Part shown: one piece after another, positions 27,967 to 38,031 of the stretch
How the letters are laid out: each line of letters begins with the position of its first letter
How positions within the stretch are numbered: position 1 is the first letter of the stretch
IMG/VR virus record: IMGVR_UViG_3300035670_000065
Location: 1 to 64,000 of that record
Origin: a virus
Strand: one strand, 5' to 3'
DNA length: 64,000 bases
Translations under genes and position numbers: made by a program
Notes under the pieces: model-generated
The model's database searches: none
What the model saw: the letters and a program-made list of their open reading frames with translations, nothing else
Told to the model about the DNA's origin: nothing

Positions 27967-28322
27967 TTGTTTGCTCTTTCAATGATTTGATTAAAGGTTT
28001 TAACGTAAGACTCTGAAGGATGACATTTGCCCTCAATTATAACAGTTGGAGGTTCCTGCTTCTTATTAAGGATCGCCTTAATATCCTTAGCCGTATTAAC
28101 ATTATTTAATACAGTTTGCTCTAGGTTAGCCTTAGCATATTCTTGTATATCCTTAATACGTTTATCCTTTAGCTCTTCTATAAGTTGAATACGTTCTGCA
28201 CATATAGTTTGAGCATCTTCATACCCTATATTATAGATATACCTATAACCCCCATAAGCTAAAGCAGCGACAGCTATAATTATAGCCAATTCTTTCCAAT
28301 ACTTAATCAGTAGGGCTGGCAT
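27963..28322 (-). CDS. I-spanin (Rz-like)
   Basis: N-terminal transmembrane helix followed by a coiled coil; lysis cassette context. Confidence 0.75.
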   Translation of the reverse strand: MPALLIKYWKELAIIIAVAALAYGGYRYIYNIGYEDAQTICAERIQLIEELKDKRIKDIQEYAKANLEQTVLNNVNTAKDIKAILNKKQEPPTVIIEGKCHPSESYVKTFNQIIERANK

Positions 28323-28578
28323 CTTTTTTACCTGTCTTTGTTTGTACTACAACATTAGCTATCTTATTACCTGTAATAATACCAGAAATAACCGCTGTCA
28401 GCCAAACTAGGGAGTCTATTAAAGAGGAAGGATTAGGACTAGTACCTAATAGTACAGAGACTTTATACCCAATTAATACATAAATACTAATTACTGCAAT
28501 ATTTACTAAATGGAACCAAAGCTGCGAGGAGCTAGGATTAGTGCTATCCCCTACAGTTAATAGTTGTTTTATATCCAT
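28303..28578 (-). CDS. Putative holin
   Basis: 91 aa, two transmembrane helices, basic C-terminus, upstream of spanins and endolysin. Confidence 0.65.
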   Translation of the reverse strand: MDIKQLLTVGDSTNPSSSQLWFHLVNIAVISIYVLIGYKVSVLLGTSPNPSSLIDSLVWLTAVISGIITGNKIANVVVQTKTGKKDASPTD

Positions 28579-28579
28579 A

Positions 28580-28942
28580 TTAAATCTCCGCGATATTAGT
28601 AGTCACCTGCCAGTAGTCTCCGTTCATAAGTACTAGAGTCGGAGGGCCTATAAAAATCGCTTTAGTAATAGAAGTCTCCGTAGGCCTAAAATGGAATTCG
28701 AACGCTCCATTCCTATTATTTAGATAAAAAGTTATCAGAGTCTCTTTATCTGTAGTTTTTAGTATATGCGCTACAGAGAATTCTCTTAGAAGTTTAGGCG
28801 TTTTTCTTCTAACCCTAACAGCACCATTCGAAGCATAGGTTGGTTCTACATCGTTAATAATAGTTTCTAAGGATTCTACCAACTGCGGAAATCGTCCCGC
28901 AGTTGCTGGGTCATTAGGATGCCCCGGGTAGTATGTTGGCAT
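28580..28942 (-). CDS. Hypothetical protein, weakly like minor tail protein gpM
   Basis: GAVRVRR...LITFY...AFEF...WQVTTNIAEI pattern. Confidence 0.45.
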   Translation of the reverse strand: MPTYYPGHPNDPATAGRFPQLVESLETIINDVEPTYASNGAVRVRRKTPKLLREFSVAHILKTTDKETLITFYLNNRNGAFEFHFRPTETSITKAIFIGPPTLVLMNGDYWQVTTNIAEI

Positions 28943-28945
28943 ATT

Positions 28946-29128
28946 TTACTTTCTAGCTTGAATACTCTGCACAACTACTTCAGAAGAGGTATCTCTAAGA
29001 AAATAGTTGTTAGTATATTCTGTTATTATATGAGCGGCTAACCAATCATAATATACTATGACTCCTTGAGACCCCCACACTTTAGGGTCCCATATATCTG
29101 CCCAAATGTCCTCCCATATAGTACTCAT
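28946..29128 (-). CDS. Trp-rich small protein
   Basis: IWEDIWADIWDPKVW repeat; ATGA-coupled to the 1243-aa gene. Confidence 0.6.
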   Translation of the reverse strand: MSTIWEDIWADIWDPKVWGSQGVIVYYDWLAAHIITEYTNNYFLRDTSSEVVVQSIQARK

Positions 29129-32100
29129 GGTAGGACACCAAACTTAGTACCTATGCCATCTCCTGTAACTACTTTACCATTAATCTTAGTAATGTTGGCT
29201 GAAACTTCCCCAGTGGGTTGCCTACTACTAATATTTGTGTCAATACGATTTAGCTCGGGGGTCAATTCAGCTCTAGTAGCTTCAGCATTATCTAGTGATG
29301 TAGGAGGTGCGGTGTAACCTGCCGTGGCGAGGCGTGTGCTGATGGCTACGTCGATTCGCGCAAGCTCGGTGGTCAGTTCGGTGCGGACGGCTGCGGCGTT
29401 GTCAGCAGCAGAAGGAGCCGATCCCGCAGTAAGGGTTCGCGTACCGTTTGCCCAGACTGCTGTTGCATTGTCCGTCGCCGCAGGGATCGCCGCAAGCACC
29501 GTACTGATGTCCCCCGTGATTGCGTATGTCCCGCTAACCGCATACGGAACCACATGGTCAGGAGCCAAGAAGATGTTTCCGGTGCTTCCCGCCGTGTCGA
29601 TAATGTCCTTGCTCAAGCCGCTGGTAGCCTCTCGACCGTAACCACTGATAACCATCAAATCGGTGGCCGAGGTGTTGCGAATCTTCATTCCGGAAAGCAG
29701 GTAGTTCGCCGTATCCGGTGCGCTGATGTAGGTGAAGTCGTTGGCAATGCCTGTCGAGGTGAAGTTCCAATACACAAACGTGGCATAGATCGTAGGCCAA
29801 GTCACCGAGCCACCTGCAATGTTGCAATTCACTCGGTCAGTCGCTGCGTCGGTGAAGGTGATTCCCGAGGTCGCATAGATTGCTGGCCCGTCAATCGCGT
29901 TGCTGTTGTAGGTCGTGTCGTTTGTCTGCGAGGCCAGATATGTAACGTCCTTGTTGTTCGATGCCGTCCCGCAAGTACCAATATTGGCCTCAATGAATGC
30001 CTTGGCACTGGTTCCTGAGACATAAGCAATCCGCACCCTAATTGCCCTATCCCCTACGGGGGCGCTTGGGTCTTCCCAGTAGTACGGGCTGGTTGTCGAG
30101 TTGAACAGTTCGACGTTGTTCGTCGTGTCATAAATCTGCACCCGACTTCCGGCAGTTGGGCCGGTGATAGTCACAGACTGGTTGAGCGCCACCACATTTT
30201 GATGCGTACCGCCAGCGTGGTCTGTCACGATGTAGTTCAACGAGTCTCCAGAAGGCACATTGTCAAGCCAAACACCCTGCGCTAATGTCCACACCCCACC
30301 AGCGTACGTCCCGAAAGGTGCGGCCTTGTTCGCTGTGTAAGCCGCATTCGCCTTCGCGTAAGTCTCGGCGGCAACACCATTCAGCGTACCGGAAGCACCT
30401 GCCCGACAGACATACTGCGCCCGTTGATAGACTTCAGACAGAGGACGGTTGTTGCAGTCTATGACGAGGTAGTAGGTCTGTGGACCATCACCATCTCCAA
30501 AGTCCTTGGATGTTGAGCCGAACGTGAATGTAACGTCAGACCAACCTCCGACAGTCACTTCGGTTTCAGTGATCGCTGCGTCTGCAAGCGTCGCCAACGG
30601 TAGGACGTTACGTCCTGCACCGGAGCAATCTGTTTGATAGTTGTCGTAGGTGTAGCCCCACTTGCGAGCGTAACCATCAACCAGCCCCGACGATACCAAC
30701 GACCCACCAGCATTCGCTGTTTTGACGAGGATGTCGATGTGTCCAGCAGACCAGAATGAGGTCAGCTTTGTCGTGCCTTGATAGACATAAACGTCAGGAG
30801 TACCGGATAGGCCACCGACTGAATACACGTTGGCATATATTGAGCCGTCCGTAAATTCAACTGATCCGCCGTAGAGGTCTTCCAAGTCTCCGGCAGTAAT
30901 CGACCCATCGTTAATCAGTGTGAAGATCGTCGGTGTCACCCCGTACATCTTCGGGGTGGCGTCGATGTTGGTGCTGCTGTCGGACTCGTTCTGATGGTGC
31001 GAGTACAGGTTCTGGACGCTGTAGCGTGTCGTGCCGCTGGTGTGCGTGATTGCCCCGGTTGCCCAGTTGATCGTCCAGTCGGTGGCGACGTTGCCGGTGA
31101 TGGTGGTGGCTGCGATGTCCTCGACTTGGAGGCCGGAGAATGAGTAGGTCAAGCCACCGTCAGCCAAGATCGTTGCGCCGACTTTGACCGGATGGTAGTA
31201 GTTTGCAGATGAGCCTTTGCGAAGGTAGAGATAAACGGGGACATCGACTGTCGTGTTGTAGCTGAAGCTGTCGGTAGTCTCGGAAGATAGTAGCTCGTTG
31301 CGGAGTTCTGTTCCGTCAGACTGCTTGTTGATCGAGATGCGCGAACCATCGACCATACCGGATGTTGAAACTGTTACGGTGTTCGGCCAAGTGCCGTAGC
31401 CAAGGTCGAACTCGTACGCCCCGATGTCGTACTTGGCGTTTAGCGTTGCGGTTCCTGTTTTTGTGTTGTCACCAACACCGGTAGCTTTGAATGTGATGCC
31501 GACAGTGTTCGCTGAAGCCCCGACAGTTGTAAAGTCCGACGTTCCTACCGTCGCAATGGTGTAAGACAATCCCGCGACTAAAGAACCATCTGCCACTGCA
31601 GTGTTGTAAGCACTTCCGGTATAAGCGGGGCGAAACGCATCACTAATATCTGACTCATTCACACCAAAATATGTAGTGGCGTTTTCAACTTGCACTGACG
31701 TTATTGCAGCCGGTGATAAGTCGGGCCATACCGTATATGCCGGAGGCGTCCCTGTGCCAGCTTGATCCACAAAGTCTGTGGTGGCAATAGTGAACCGAAC
31801 AGCACCCGTCCCCACCATCCACGCTTCACCAGACAATCCGGCGTTGTTAGTCGCTTTTTCCGTACCTGTAACAACGTGCCAATTAGTCGTATTCCCTACG
31901 GCAATATTGTTATAGTAATTTCCGAAAATATTTGTTGTTTGGTAAGCACCCGAGCCATTCAGTCCAGCAAATCCATACACGTTAGATGTTGAAATGCAGT
32001 TTGCTACGACCTGACCACCCGAAAACTGCAAGCACGCTATCCCGTCGCGCAAGCCAATAAACACGCAATTCCTGACAGTAGCCGCTCCTGCAACCTGTAC

Positions 32101-32856
32101 GCCTTGCCCGAAACTATTGAACCCACCAACCCCAATCATGTTCTCTACAGTTGCGAGGGCAACGCAATTCATCAGATAGCAAACTGCGTGTGATGATGTT
32201 GTAACTTGTACTGTGAATCCGTCAAGCCTTGAGTTATATCCTGTCGCAACAAGCGTTTGCACATTAGCCGTTGGTCGCTTGAATATGTATCCAGTACCAA
32301 GTATGCCGTTGTGGAATCCTGCTGATCTGACACCATCTACCGTTGTGGTAACAACCACCGACCCCGCAGGGACTGAAGACAAAGCAGCGTTGGCGGAGCC
32401 AATATCGTCCCACGCCATGCCAATCTCGCAGACTTCTGTATCAACTAATGACGCACCTGAACGGCCGGTAATGAATGCGTTTAGACCGTCATAAATTCGC
32501 TCTGTGCCACTCGTAGTCCAGCGGGTTTTGTCACTAAGTCCAGCGTAGTATGCCGATTTGATGTAGATCGTACCGCTGTCATTGTTGTTGAAAAGTATCT
32601 GGTTCGCTGGCGTCAATGCAGCGTCGGTGTATAGTTCAAACGTATTCGCAGCAGTTGATTTTGCGTAGTAGGTCGTATTCGCTGCAAGCGCCGTAGGCCC
32701 ACCGTTCTGAGTAGGAAGCGTACCACCGCTGAACTGCACCCCAGTGCCATCGCGCAAGCCGTGATTGGTAAGCGTGACCAGATTGGACGCGCCGAAGGTA
32801 ACGACCTTCGAATCACCCTTCCCGCCAAAGCAGATTAGGCTGTATACGGTAGCCAT
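29125..32856 (-). CDS. Large virion fibre/adhesin-like protein with a beta-helix region (mostly a GC-rich foreign allele)
   Basis: 1243 aa, Thr/Gly/Ala/Ser-rich, beta-helix-like stretch ending DIGAYEF; mid-region resembles the 643-aa protein. Confidence 0.7.
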   Translation of the reverse strand: MATVYSLICFGGKGDSKVVTFGASNLVTLTNHGLRDGTGVQFSGGTLPTQNGGPTALAANTTYYAKSTAANTFELYTDAALTPANQILFNNNDSGTIYIKSAYYAGLSDKTRWTTSGTERIYDGLNAFITGRSGASLVDTEVCEIGMAWDDIGSANAALSSVPAGSVVVTTTVDGVRSAGFHNGILGTGYIFKRPTANVQTLVATGYNSRLDGFTVQVTTSSHAVCYLMNCVALATVENMIGVGGFNSFGQGVQVAGAATVRNCVFIGLRDGIACLQFSGGQVVANCISTSNVYGFAGLNGSGAYQTTNIFGNYYNNIAVGNTTNWHVVTGTEKATNNAGLSGEAWMVGTGAVRFTIATTDFVDQAGTGTPPAYTVWPDLSPAAITSVQVENATTYFGVNESDISDAFRPAYTGSAYNTAVADGSLVAGLSYTIATVGTSDFTTVGASANTVGITFKATGVGDNTKTGTATLNAKYDIGAYEFDLGYGTWPNTVTVSTSGMVDGSRISINKQSDGTELRNELLSSETTDSFSYNTTVDVPVYLYLRKGSSANYYHPVKVGATILADGGLTYSFSGLQVEDIAATTITGNVATDWTINWATGAITHTSGTTRYSVQNLYSHHQNESDSSTNIDATPKMYGVTPTIFTLINDGSITAGDLEDLYGGSVEFTDGSIYANVYSVGGLSGTPDVYVYQGTTKLTSFWSAGHIDILVKTANAGGSLVSSGLVDGYARKWGYTYDNYQTDCSGAGRNVLPLATLADAAITETEVTVGGWSDVTFTFGSTSKDFGDGDGPQTYYLVIDCNNRPLSEVYQRAQYVCRAGASGTLNGVAAETYAKANAAYTANKAAPFGTYAGGVWTLAQGVWLDNVPSGDSLNYIVTDHAGGTHQNVVALNQSVTITGPTAGSRVQIYDTTNNVELFNSTTSPYYWEDPSAPVGDRAIRVRIAYVSGTSAKAFIEANIGTCGTASNNKDVTYLASQTNDTTYNSNAIDGPAIYATSGITFTDAATDRVNCNIAGGSVTWPTIYATFVYWNFTSTGIANDFTYISAPDTANYLLSGMKIRNTSATDLMVISGYGREATSGLSKDIIDTAGSTGNIFLAPDHVVPYAVSGTYAITGDISTVLAAIPAATDNATAVWANGTRTLTAGSAPSAADNAAAVRTELTTELARIDVAISTRLATAGYTAPPTSLDNAEATRAELTPELNRIDTNISSRQPTGEVSANITKINGKVVTGDGIGTKFGVLP
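29210..29480 (-). repeat. Imperfect protein-level repeats (DNAxAx/ELxxELxRID) spanning the GC transition
   Basis: AATDNATAVW / SAADNAAAVRTELTTELARIDVAISTR / TSLDNAEATRAELTPELNRIDTNISSR. Confidence 0.7.
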
Positions 32857-32990
32857 TATTTACTCGCCACGCCTTGCTGTTTTTCCCATGTCCTGAAGGC
32901 CCCAAGACCAAGCATACCCATCAGCACTTGCAACGTTAGCATCGTGTCAATCGGCGGGAAGGTGCCGGAATATTTAATTTCATTCATCAT
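32856..32990 (-). pseudogene. Chimeric 44-aa ORF carrying the C-terminal remnant of a 3TM (GTA-type) holin
   Basis: AT-rich MMNEIKY fused to GC-rich FPPIDTMLTLQVLMGMLGLGAFRTWEKQQGVASK, the characteristic end of that holin family. Confidence 0.7.
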
Positions 32991-35128
32991 TTCAATCCTA
33001 AGAATTTTGCAACAGTTAATATCTTCTTGGTAATATATTCGCCAATACTTCCAGTCACAGGAGCTCCTGTGTAATCCCAAGTACCTTTAGGTAGGGTAGC
33101 AGGCATAAAGTCAACTAAAGTTGTTGTAGCACTAGGGTCTACATATATTTCATTGGTGGGATCTAATGTACCGGTTGGGTAGGTCTTATTGCCTTGGATA
33201 AAGTTATCAAACATTATCATATTGCGCTGAGTATTAGATCCTACGTATACCCCATAATCACTATTATTTTGAATTCTAGAGCCAGTAATTACGTTTAAAC
33301 GTGTTGAATTACTGCTTGTGCCAGTAAACTTAACACCACAGCCGCGATTATAATAAATATTGCAATTATCAAATCGTACTTCTCTAGGGGATCCTTCGGA
33401 GGATATTGGTGCATCTGTAAACCGAACACCATCTGATCCAGCCTTCTCAATCTCGCAGTTAAATACTTTATGATAGTCGCCACCTTTAATATGTAAGCAA
33501 ACACCAGTACCAACTGGAGTTGTACCACCAGTATCGGCACCTACAACATATAGGTTTTCTAATCTACAGAACTTAGCATTTAGAACAATACCATCATCTG
33601 AAGAATTAGCTGTTGTTTTAAGAAGGAAATTTGATAGAGAGCAATTAGGTGCTTGTATCTGAATAACGGGGCCTAAATCGCCGACGCTGGGCTGAAATTG
33701 AATACCTCGACCAGGGCCGCGAATATGTACATCTTCCTTAGTAATAACTATACGTTCATCTATATTAGCTGTGCCAGTTCCCGGAGCTAGTAGATATATA
33801 ACATCTCCACGGCCTGATACGGCTTTACTTAATGCAGCAGTAACGGTCTTTAGTGGAGAAGCGGGAGATGTGCCAGGCGCTAGATCAGTTCCAGCTACTG
33901 GATCTACATACCAACGTGTTCCGAAACCTTGGTGCGATGCTCTTAAAGATTCAACGTCTAATTTAGCTTGAGCAGCAACTTCCGCGGCGAATCCACTAGC
34001 ATCTACTTCTGTACCTAGTGAATTATTTACTAGAGTTCCGAAACCTGTGATAGTTATCTTGCCTTTAGTACAAGTTGAATCAACTGTAACAGTTCCGCCA
34101 TTTAAGTGAATCCAAACTTGTCCAGATGAAGTAGCATGATTCTGGTTTATAATCTTCAAACGTCCATGGAATCCATCGAACGTAACATTTAAACGTGCGC
34201 CGTTTCGGTCAAGAATTGCTGTACCTTCATCTGAGTAGCACTCTTTAAAGTAAGAAGCGTGTCCAGAGGACACAGCAGAAGTCTGTCTAATAGTGTACCC
34301 TCTAGAGGTCCCATCTACTAGACCACAGCGTTCGTATATACAGTGTGCGTTATCTAACCCATCTATGATGCAGTCATGATAAAGAGATTCCCCACCTTGA
34401 TAGCCGGTAATCTTACAGTTGTACCATTGAGAGTTGGTGGTTACACAGCCCTGTGTTAGAGTGACTGTTGATCTGAATACATTAAGTGTAGCACCATCAC
34501 CTCTAAATACTAGGGCAGTTACATTATCTGTTGCACCTACAGTGAAGTTACCCTTCAGGTAGAACTCACCCAAACCTCTTAGTGTAGCGATAAAGGAAGC
34601 ATCAGCAAACGTGCTAGAAGGTGCCTTTAATGTACCTGCTGGATATGTAGTACCTGATACCCCATTAACTGTATCTATATAAACTTTACCGTTATAACTA
34701 GACTGCTGAATTTCCTGCATCTGTACAAGACCTGCGGAGTTATTCGAGCGTACAGCTACATTATTTAGATTAGTAACGTCTAGGATGTTATTATTAGATC
34801 CAATTAGAGATACTGAGTATGATCCGTTTTCAAAGGTAACGGTATACCCGTTAATCATTTCGATAACGCGAGCGTACTCAAGACCTCCAAGAGATACTGT
34901 TGTGTTGTGGCTGTGGGTATCGTCGTAGAACTGACCTTCTTCGCTATCTTCCCAATCTTTAAGCGCAAGTCTAAAAGCATTAGTATCAAGAGCATAACTA
35001 GAACCTCCTAGATACGTTAGGAAGAACTGGGGCACGAAGATCTCCTTCGTTACCCCATTCACTATTAGACCTGTTTGTACATAGTCTGCATCTGCGTAGT
35101 CATCTGGAGTGTAGTATAAAACTGCCAT
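32987..35128 (-). CDS. Right-handed beta-helix (pectin-lyase-like) structural or depolymerase protein
   Basis: 713 aa; VYIDTVNG..GT..P and WYVDPVAGTD..PGTSPASPLKTV..A, GDVIYL; repeated beta-helix rungs (NCNIYYNRGCGV, SRIQNNSDYGV). Confidence 0.75.
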   Translation of the reverse strand: MAVLYYTPDDYADADYVQTGLIVNGVTKEIFVPQFFLTYLGGSSYALDTNAFRLALKDWEDSEEGQFYDDTHSHNTTVSLGGLEYARVIEMINGYTVTFENGSYSVSLIGSNNNILDVTNLNNVAVRSNNSAGLVQMQEIQQSSYNGKVYIDTVNGVSGTTYPAGTLKAPSSTFADASFIATLRGLGEFYLKGNFTVGATDNVTALVFRGDGATLNVFRSTVTLTQGCVTTNSQWYNCKITGYQGGESLYHDCIIDGLDNAHCIYERCGLVDGTSRGYTIRQTSAVSSGHASYFKECYSDEGTAILDRNGARLNVTFDGFHGRLKIINQNHATSSGQVWIHLNGGTVTVDSTCTKGKITITGFGTLVNNSLGTEVDASGFAAEVAAQAKLDVESLRASHQGFGTRWYVDPVAGTDLAPGTSPASPLKTVTAALSKAVSGRGDVIYLLAPGTGTANIDERIVITKEDVHIRGPGRGIQFQPSVGDLGPVIQIQAPNCSLSNFLLKTTANSSDDGIVLNAKFCRLENLYVVGADTGGTTPVGTGVCLHIKGGDYHKVFNCEIEKAGSDGVRFTDAPISSEGSPREVRFDNCNIYYNRGCGVKFTGTSSNSTRLNVITGSRIQNNSDYGVYVGSNTQRNMIMFDNFIQGNKTYPTGTLDPTNEIYVDPSATTTLVDFMPATLPKGTWDYTGAPVTGSIGEYITKKILTVAKFLGLK

Positions 35129-35131
35129 ATA

Positions 35132-35836
35132 TTACCCCCAGAAGTTAGGTGCACGGTTCTTAGTCGCTACGTTAGTGGATTGATAGTGGATATCAACTGT
35201 ATGAAGGAAAACATCAGGGACTAGTCCTTGACTTACTGTTAAGTCGTTTGCTGAAAGATACACTCTTCCAAATAACATGCCATCTACCTCAATATCACTA
35301 GTATTTAGTAGGTTAGCTCCACCGCCTGGTGCAGAGGCTAATGCTTCACAAACCATATGCTGATACTGAGTAGTAGAAGCGTTCTGAAACTCTACAATAG
35401 TAATTGGAGAAGAAAAGGCGGCTTGATTATGGCCTTTGGCCCAGATCAATTCCCAACCCCAAGTAACTGAACCACCTGTTACATACGGGTTATTATGGCT
35501 CCAATGTGCATGAATGTATATATCAGTACCTGGAGCGTAATCATGTGGCATATGTGCTGTTATCTGTTGTGCGCTTCCAACTTGGTGGGCATGCTGTTTA
35601 ATACCTCCACGATATACTTGAACGGTAGGTGCATCTGCATCTCCCTCATGGTAGTGCATTTCACATTGTAGATCGTGCCAGCCCCATGTCTGAGAAGAAT
35701 TAGGCCCAATTTTAATACCAGATCCCTGAGTTTTAGGCACCTGAGCATTTAGCCCATCCCTAAGGTCCGTCCAATTTGTGTCCATCTCAGTATGGGTTAA
35801 GGCTGACCCTTTTCCTGCTCTTGTTGTAATTGCCAT
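35132..35836 (-). CDS. Putative virion structural protein
   Basis: N-terminal TRAGKGSALTHTEMDTNW motif seen in phage fibre proteins; C-terminal HMPHDY..GTDIYIHAHW beta domain. Confidence 0.6.
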   Translation of the reverse strand: MAITTRAGKGSALTHTEMDTNWTDLRDGLNAQVPKTQGSGIKIGPNSSQTWGWHDLQCEMHYHEGDADAPTVQVYRGGIKQHAHQVGSAQQITAHMPHDYAPGTDIYIHAHWSHNNPYVTGGSVTWGWELIWAKGHNQAAFSSPITIVEFQNASTTQYQHMVCEALASAPGGGANLLNTSDIEVDGMLFGRVYLSANDLTVSQGLVPDVFLHTVDIHYQSTNVATKNRAPNFWG

Positions 35837-35845
35837 CTATAATCC

Positions 35846-37651
35846 TTACTGATCTAAAATTAGAACCGCTGATAGAGAGGCTCCGGTTGCTGAATCTATA
35901 GTACCTACAATAGATCCTGTCTTGTAGTATGGTGCACCTGAAGACTTTCGGGCCCATCCAATTACAGGCTGATCTATAGAGTATACTTTAGACATAGTTA
36001 CCTGCCCTTGGGCATTCGTATTACCCTCTAGAGCTACCCATGTGGCCTTAATTGTGCCTGTAGGATTACTTCCAGGGGCTGATCCCATTGTATAAGTATA
36101 CGAGTTTGCATCCACCTTAGTAATAGTGAATACACCGTTATTTGCTAAGTGACTTGCACCTGAGATAACTACTTTATCGTTGGTTACCATTGCATGGCCA
36201 GTATGTGTAACTGTAGCAGTAGTACCTGAGTTACTTATTGTAACTGTATCATCAAAGGGTAGATCGCCTGTAGCATTTGATGCTCTTAAGAACACTCTAG
36301 CATCCTGAATAGGACTTCCAGTAGTATTAACCACTGTAACAGTAGTAGGTACCGCACCTGCTATAATAGTAGTAGTGGAGCCTCCAGAGTTTCTAACTGA
36401 GAAGGTAGAGTCTGCATTAATTGTTACTGAGCCACCAGAATTATTATATACTACCTCATTACCAGTAGATCCATCAGACCCTGCGTATCCTGTAAACGTA
36501 AAGTTGTCGAAGGTGTAACTGCCTGCAGCAGTTATTTCTATAGCATGATTAGAGCCATCTGATATAAATGTAAGTCCTGAAGCATTTGCTAGGTAGGTAG
36601 AATTAGGTACTAGCAATGTTGTGGTCGCTCTATTATTACTAAAAGTAGTATCAGCTATTGTGGCCGCACCATCTAGTGTAATCGTATCCGTACGTGTAAA
36701 AGTACAGTTAGTTACTGAAGTAGCTCCACGAAAGTTAAATGTACCTACATTAGTAAAAGAACATCCTGACCAGTTAACAGTAGCATTATCAGTAATAGTA
36801 AAGTTACCGCGTGCTGTAGTACCTAGTGCTAGAAAGGATATGGAGGTCCAATCTACTCTACTTGAAGCATTACGAATTTCGAATAAATTAAAGGTAGAAG
36901 TTACTTTTTCTGTATTATCAATTAGAATAGAGGTATTGGAGTCTCTAAAGTCTACAGCGGTACCTGAAGTCCCCATTAAGAACAGACCTTTTTGAAGGTA
37001 CCCCCCGGGAACGGCTTGGCACAGTCCCCAACGATTTGTATTAGAATCGTTTTGAGTTGCTGCACCAGAAAATGTAGCATACCCGTTTGCTAAGTCTCCA
37101 TCAACTGATTGCAATATACCTCTGCCCCATCTTATTACATCACATCCAGTTCCACCCTTCGCGTTTGCTAATTGCTTATACCCAATTCCGAAGTACTGTT
37201 TCGTACTTGTGGGGGATCCGACCGTTATACTGGGCGTTACTGTTGGGTCAACAACATAGTTCTTCCAGCCACCTAGTGCATCAGTATCCTTACCTGCTAC
37301 ATACCAGGCATAGAATGCTGCTAGGGATGAGCCAATAAGTACCGAGACACCTCCGGCGGATTGGTTATCCACGTTATTAGGGCACTGCTGGTTAATCCAT
37401 ACGAAAAAACAGTCCCCCGTGCCAAAAGTAATACCAGCACCATTATTATACATCATTCCAGTGTTACCAGTACCACCAGTTGTTTGATACTTCGCAATAC
37501 AGTTAGATCCTTGGATAAAGAAATCAGGTTCTAATATAGGATTAGTACCTGCAGTCCAACCCGTTGCAGAGGTTTCCGCCCAGTTGGTGACAGATTCTGC
37601 TGTGCTAATAGTTTGCGCTGTTAAATCTGACGTGTAAGCTGCGGCTGCCAT
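35846..37651 (-). CDS. Putative virion structural protein (beta-rich)
   Basis: 601 aa, Thr/Gly/Ser-rich; beta-helix-like segment and a small barrel domain (TATVTHTGH...NGVFTIT). Confidence 0.65.
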   Translation of the reverse strand: MAAAAYTSDLTAQTISTAESVTNWAETSATGWTAGTNPILEPDFFIQGSNCIAKYQTTGGTGNTGMMYNNGAGITFGTGDCFFVWINQQCPNNVDNQSAGGVSVLIGSSLAAFYAWYVAGKDTDALGGWKNYVVDPTVTPSITVGSPTSTKQYFGIGYKQLANAKGGTGCDVIRWGRGILQSVDGDLANGYATFSGAATQNDSNTNRWGLCQAVPGGYLQKGLFLMGTSGTAVDFRDSNTSILIDNTEKVTSTFNLFEIRNASSRVDWTSISFLALGTTARGNFTITDNATVNWSGCSFTNVGTFNFRGATSVTNCTFTRTDTITLDGAATIADTTFSNNRATTTLLVPNSTYLANASGLTFISDGSNHAIEITAAGSYTFDNFTFTGYAGSDGSTGNEVVYNNSGGSVTINADSTFSVRNSGGSTTTIIAGAVPTTVTVVNTTGSPIQDARVFLRASNATGDLPFDDTVTISNSGTTATVTHTGHAMVTNDKVVISGASHLANNGVFTITKVDANSYTYTMGSAPGSNPTGTIKATWVALEGNTNAQGQVTMSKVYSIDQPVIGWARKSSGAPYYKTGSIVGTIDSATGASLSAVLILDQ

Positions 37652-37989
37652 TATACTACCCTAACTTCAAATCCGCGATCCTGATTTATAATAAATGCAA
37701 TCGCTACTTCTATGCTCTGTAAAGCGGCTGCTAACGCGGTATTACCTTTGGCTACTTCCGCCATTGCGTGCGCTAGGAAATCCTCAATTTCTACTTCATT
37801 TGTTTCTGGATGGTAGTGCCTCTGATTGGCTCCATCTACTCCAAACATTTTGTATTCCACCATTACTTTATACTTAGGAGGTAACTCATCATTAGTAAAA
37901 GTTGGCTGTGTAATCTCAAGTCTAAGTAAGTGAACACGATTAAACTCAATCTGAGGCTGTACTAAATTGCTTTCAACTTGTATGCCCAT
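37651..37989 (-). CDS. Hypothetical protein
   Basis: 112 aa, AAGGAG RBS. Confidence 0.65.
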   Translation of the reverse strand: MGIQVESNLVQPQIEFNRVHLLRLEITQPTFTNDELPPKYKVMVEYKMFGVDGANQRHYHPETNEVEIEDFLAHAMAEVAKGNTALAAALQSIEVAIAFIINQDRGFEVRVV

Positions 37990-38000
37990 ATAATCTCCTT

Positions 38001-38025
38001 AAAAGAGGGAGGGATTACCTCCCTC
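38001..38025 (-). terminator. Rho-independent terminator after the 643-aa gene
   Basis: On the - strand: GAGGGAGG-taatc-CCTCCCTC-TTTT. Confidence 0.7.
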
Positions 38026-38031
38026 CTCTAA

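Noticed and set aside
32991-33080. 5' extension of the 74-aa ORF 32856..33080
   Set aside because: It overlaps the 713-aa gene out of frame; the ATGA-coupled start at 32990 is more plausible
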